From Verrucomicrobiota bacterium (GTDB lineage Bacteria; Verrucomicrobiota; Verrucomicrobiia; Limisphaerales; UBA8199), in assembly GCA_012517205.1 (NCBI GenBank), contig JAAYVL010000022.1, positions 85,384 through 149,383 of the forward strand: DNA of 64,000 bases, read 5' to 3'. Positions 62,506 through 64,000 of the stretch are shown here, one piece after another (the first letter of the stretch is position 1; each line of letters opens with the position of its first letter). A program made the position numbers and the translations under genes. Below the pieces are notes generated by a model, which saw only the letters and a list, made by a program, of their open reading frames with translations, did not search any database and was not told the origin of the DNA.

Positions 62506-63123
62506 TTAAGCCGGCGCTTCCTCCGGGGCCTCCTCCCCCTCCGGTTCCTCCTCCGGCGCCGGCTCCTTTTCCGACGCCGGCTCGGGCGCTTCGGTGAGTT
62601 TGAGCGCGCCGGCGAAAAGCGCCGTGAACAGGCCCCCGCTCATCAGGGTGTTGCGGAAGAACTCGAAGGTGGGCGGGTAGCCGCTCGTCCCTTTGGTCAG
62701 CGCGAGGATCCAGCCGGCCAGGTCTTTGGGGTATTCCGGATTGGACAGCCAGGAAGCGGTGTTGGTGAGCAGGTAGAAAAGGATCGCGCCGAGCAGGCCG
62801 CCCGCCAGCAGCCCCAGGAACCGCGAGCGGTGATTGAACCGGGTGCCGAGCAGAATGATCAGCGCATACGCGGCGTAGTTGACCAACTGCAGCGCGCTGA
62901 CGGTCTGGTAGTAGAAATTAAGGGCAATATCCGTGGCCACCAGCGTGCCGAGCGGCAGCCACCAGCGGACGCGGCGCGGGAAGAACGCGCCGGCGCAAAA
63001 GGCCAGGCCGTAGAACGCGCTGAAGTTGGGAGGGAACAGCCCCGGCCAGCGCGACAACGCCGCAATCAGCAGAAAGAGATAAGGCAGCCAGGAATGCCAC
63101 TTTCGGTTGGGTTCACCCGGCAT
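62506..63123 (-). CDS. polytopic membrane protein with acidic Pro/Glu-rich C-terminal tail, unknown function
   Basis: 205 aa with five to six hydrophobic helices. The tail reads EAPEPASEKEPAPEEEPEGEEAPEEAPA. No family was confidently recognised. Confidence 0.6.
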   Translation of the reverse strand: MPGEPNRKWHSWLPYLFLLIAALSRWPGLFPPNFSAFYGLAFCAGAFFPRRVRWWLPLGTLVATDIALNFYYQTVSALQLVNYAAYALIILLGTRFNHRSRFLGLLAGGLLGAILFYLLTNTASWLSNPEYPKDLAGWILALTKGTSGYPPTFEFFRNTLMSGGLFTALFAGALKLTEAPEPASEKEPAPEEEPEGEEAPEEAPA

Positions 63124-63162
63124 AGGACGGAGGACGCAAATAGCGGATTAACCGGCAGCGTT

Positions 63163-63393
63163 CTACAGGAGCGCCGCTTTTTTTTCCGGCAACGGGACGA
63201 TGGGGGGACGGCCGCGTTTGCCTTTCTGCCAGGGCCGGCTGCCGGACCGTTCCTGCTGGCGTATCCGGTCGGCAATATGACACGCATCGCACAAAATAGC
63301 GTAGTGGGTTCGCTCGGCGCCACAGCGGGCGCAGCGGTTCAGCGCGATTTGCTTTTGTTGCCAGCGGTACTGGCGTGAAGGTTTTTTCTTCAT
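63163..63393 (-). CDS. small basic Cys4 (zinc-ribbon-like) hypothetical protein
   Basis: The ORF is 63163..63432 (TTG) with the ATG at 63393 giving MKKKPSRQYRWQQKQIALNRCARCGAERTHYAILCDACH. It has CxxC...CxxC spacing and a K/R-rich tail. Confidence 0.4.
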   Translation of the reverse strand: MKKKPSRQYRWQQKQIALNRCARCGAERTHYAILCDACHIADRIRQQERSGSRPWQKGKRGRPPIVPLPEKKAALL

Positions 63394-63488
63394 TCGTGCA
63401 TTCAAACTCGCAGAAATAGCTGTTTTGGTCAAGTGTCTAATGCAAAAAAGACTCGCCCTCCGGCCCGCCGGCCGGAGCGGGCGGGGGC

Positions 63489-64000
63489 CTAGACATCGCA
63501 GATCTGAATGGCCTGCTTCAGGGAAGCCAGCGGGTCGGGCCGCCGGGGGACGAACTCCTGTCCCACGAAGCCCTTGTAGCCTGTGTCCACGATGGCCTGC
63601 ATGATGGCCGGGTAGTAGATTTCCTGGGTGTCATCAATCTCGTTGCGGCCGGGGACGCCGCCCGTATGGTAGTGCCCGATATACGGATGGCTCTCCCGGA
63701 TGGTATGGATAATGTCGCCCTCCATAATCTGCATGTGGAAAATATCGTAGAGCAGCTTGAGCCGCTCGGAGCCGACCTGCCGGCAGAGTTCCACCCCCCA
63801 GGCGGTATGATCGGCCATGTAATCCTTATGGCTGTGCTTGCTGTTGAGCAGCTCGAGGCAGACCGTCACCCGGTGCTTCTCGGCAATCGGCATCAGCCGT
63901 TTCAGCCCCTTGGCGCAATTCGCCAGGCCTTCCGCGTCGCTCATCCCTTTGCGATTCCCGGAGAAGGTGATGATATTGGCGAAGCCGGCCTGGGCTACTT
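63489..64000 (-). CDS. hydroxypyruvate isomerase family (TIM-barrel) protein, N-terminus outside the window
   Basis: The frame is open to the window end. LELLNSK..HKDYM.D.......L...VGS.RLKLLYDIFHMQIMEGD.I.TI......IGHYHTGGVPGR.E is the Hyi/OtnI-type pattern. Confidence 0.8.
   Translation of the reverse strand, partial: VAQAGFANIITFSGNRKGMSDAEGLANCAKGLKRLMPIAEKHRVTVCLELLNSKHSHKDYMADHTAWGVELCRQVGSERLKLLYDIFHMQIMEGDIIHTIRESHPYIGHYHTGGVPGRNEIDDTQEIYYPAIMQAIVDTGYKGFVGQEFVPRRPDPLASLKQAIQICDV

Overview
High-GC (about 63%) bacterial chromosomal segment. The gene content and a Minf_1886-like ORF suggest a PVC-superphylum (Verrucomicrobiota-like) genome, but that is an inference only.

Most of the window is ordinary housekeeping DNA:
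- leuS 3' end, YjbQ, a double M16 peptidase, an NfeD-stomatin pair, parB, def.
- The pyruvate dehydrogenase operon aceE-aceF-lpdA with a divergent lipoate-ligase-like gene.
- glgP, rlmN, ribBA-ribH, mutS, infA, uvrA.
- Three tRNAs: Pro-GGG, Ser-GCT and Gly-CCC.
- An LPS/glycan module at 33.9-44.0 kb: MsbA-like ABC exporter, GT2, two GT4, two kinase-like paralogs, a GT39/ArnT-like protein and a Gfo/Idh/MocA oxidoreductase.
- A second small glycan module at 47.1-51.0 kb.

The only clearly accessory DNA is a roughly 3 kb scar at 17.5-20.7 kb. It holds a perfect 91-nt palindromic element, an IHF/HU-like gene, a complete-ended IS481-family element whose transposase frame has no canonical start, a tyrosine-recombinase C-terminal remnant, and a decayed antitoxin/ParE-RelE pair.

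I saw no rRNA, no CRISPR array, no reverse transcriptase and no clear complete defence system. I did not find a convincing novel multi-gene system. The observations most worth following up are:
1. The 91-nt palindromic element, which recurs 34.5 kb away at 52.09 kb.
2. An orphan hydrogenase-maturation-type (A31) protease translationally coupled (ATGA overlaps) to two small unknown ORFs.
3. A tandem pair of divergent kinase-like paralogs inside the glycan cluster.
4. A propeller/Y_Y_Y sensor kinase that is both frameshifted in a G-run and truncated before its ATPase domain.

All functional calls come from reading the translated ORFs against remembered family motifs. No searches were run.
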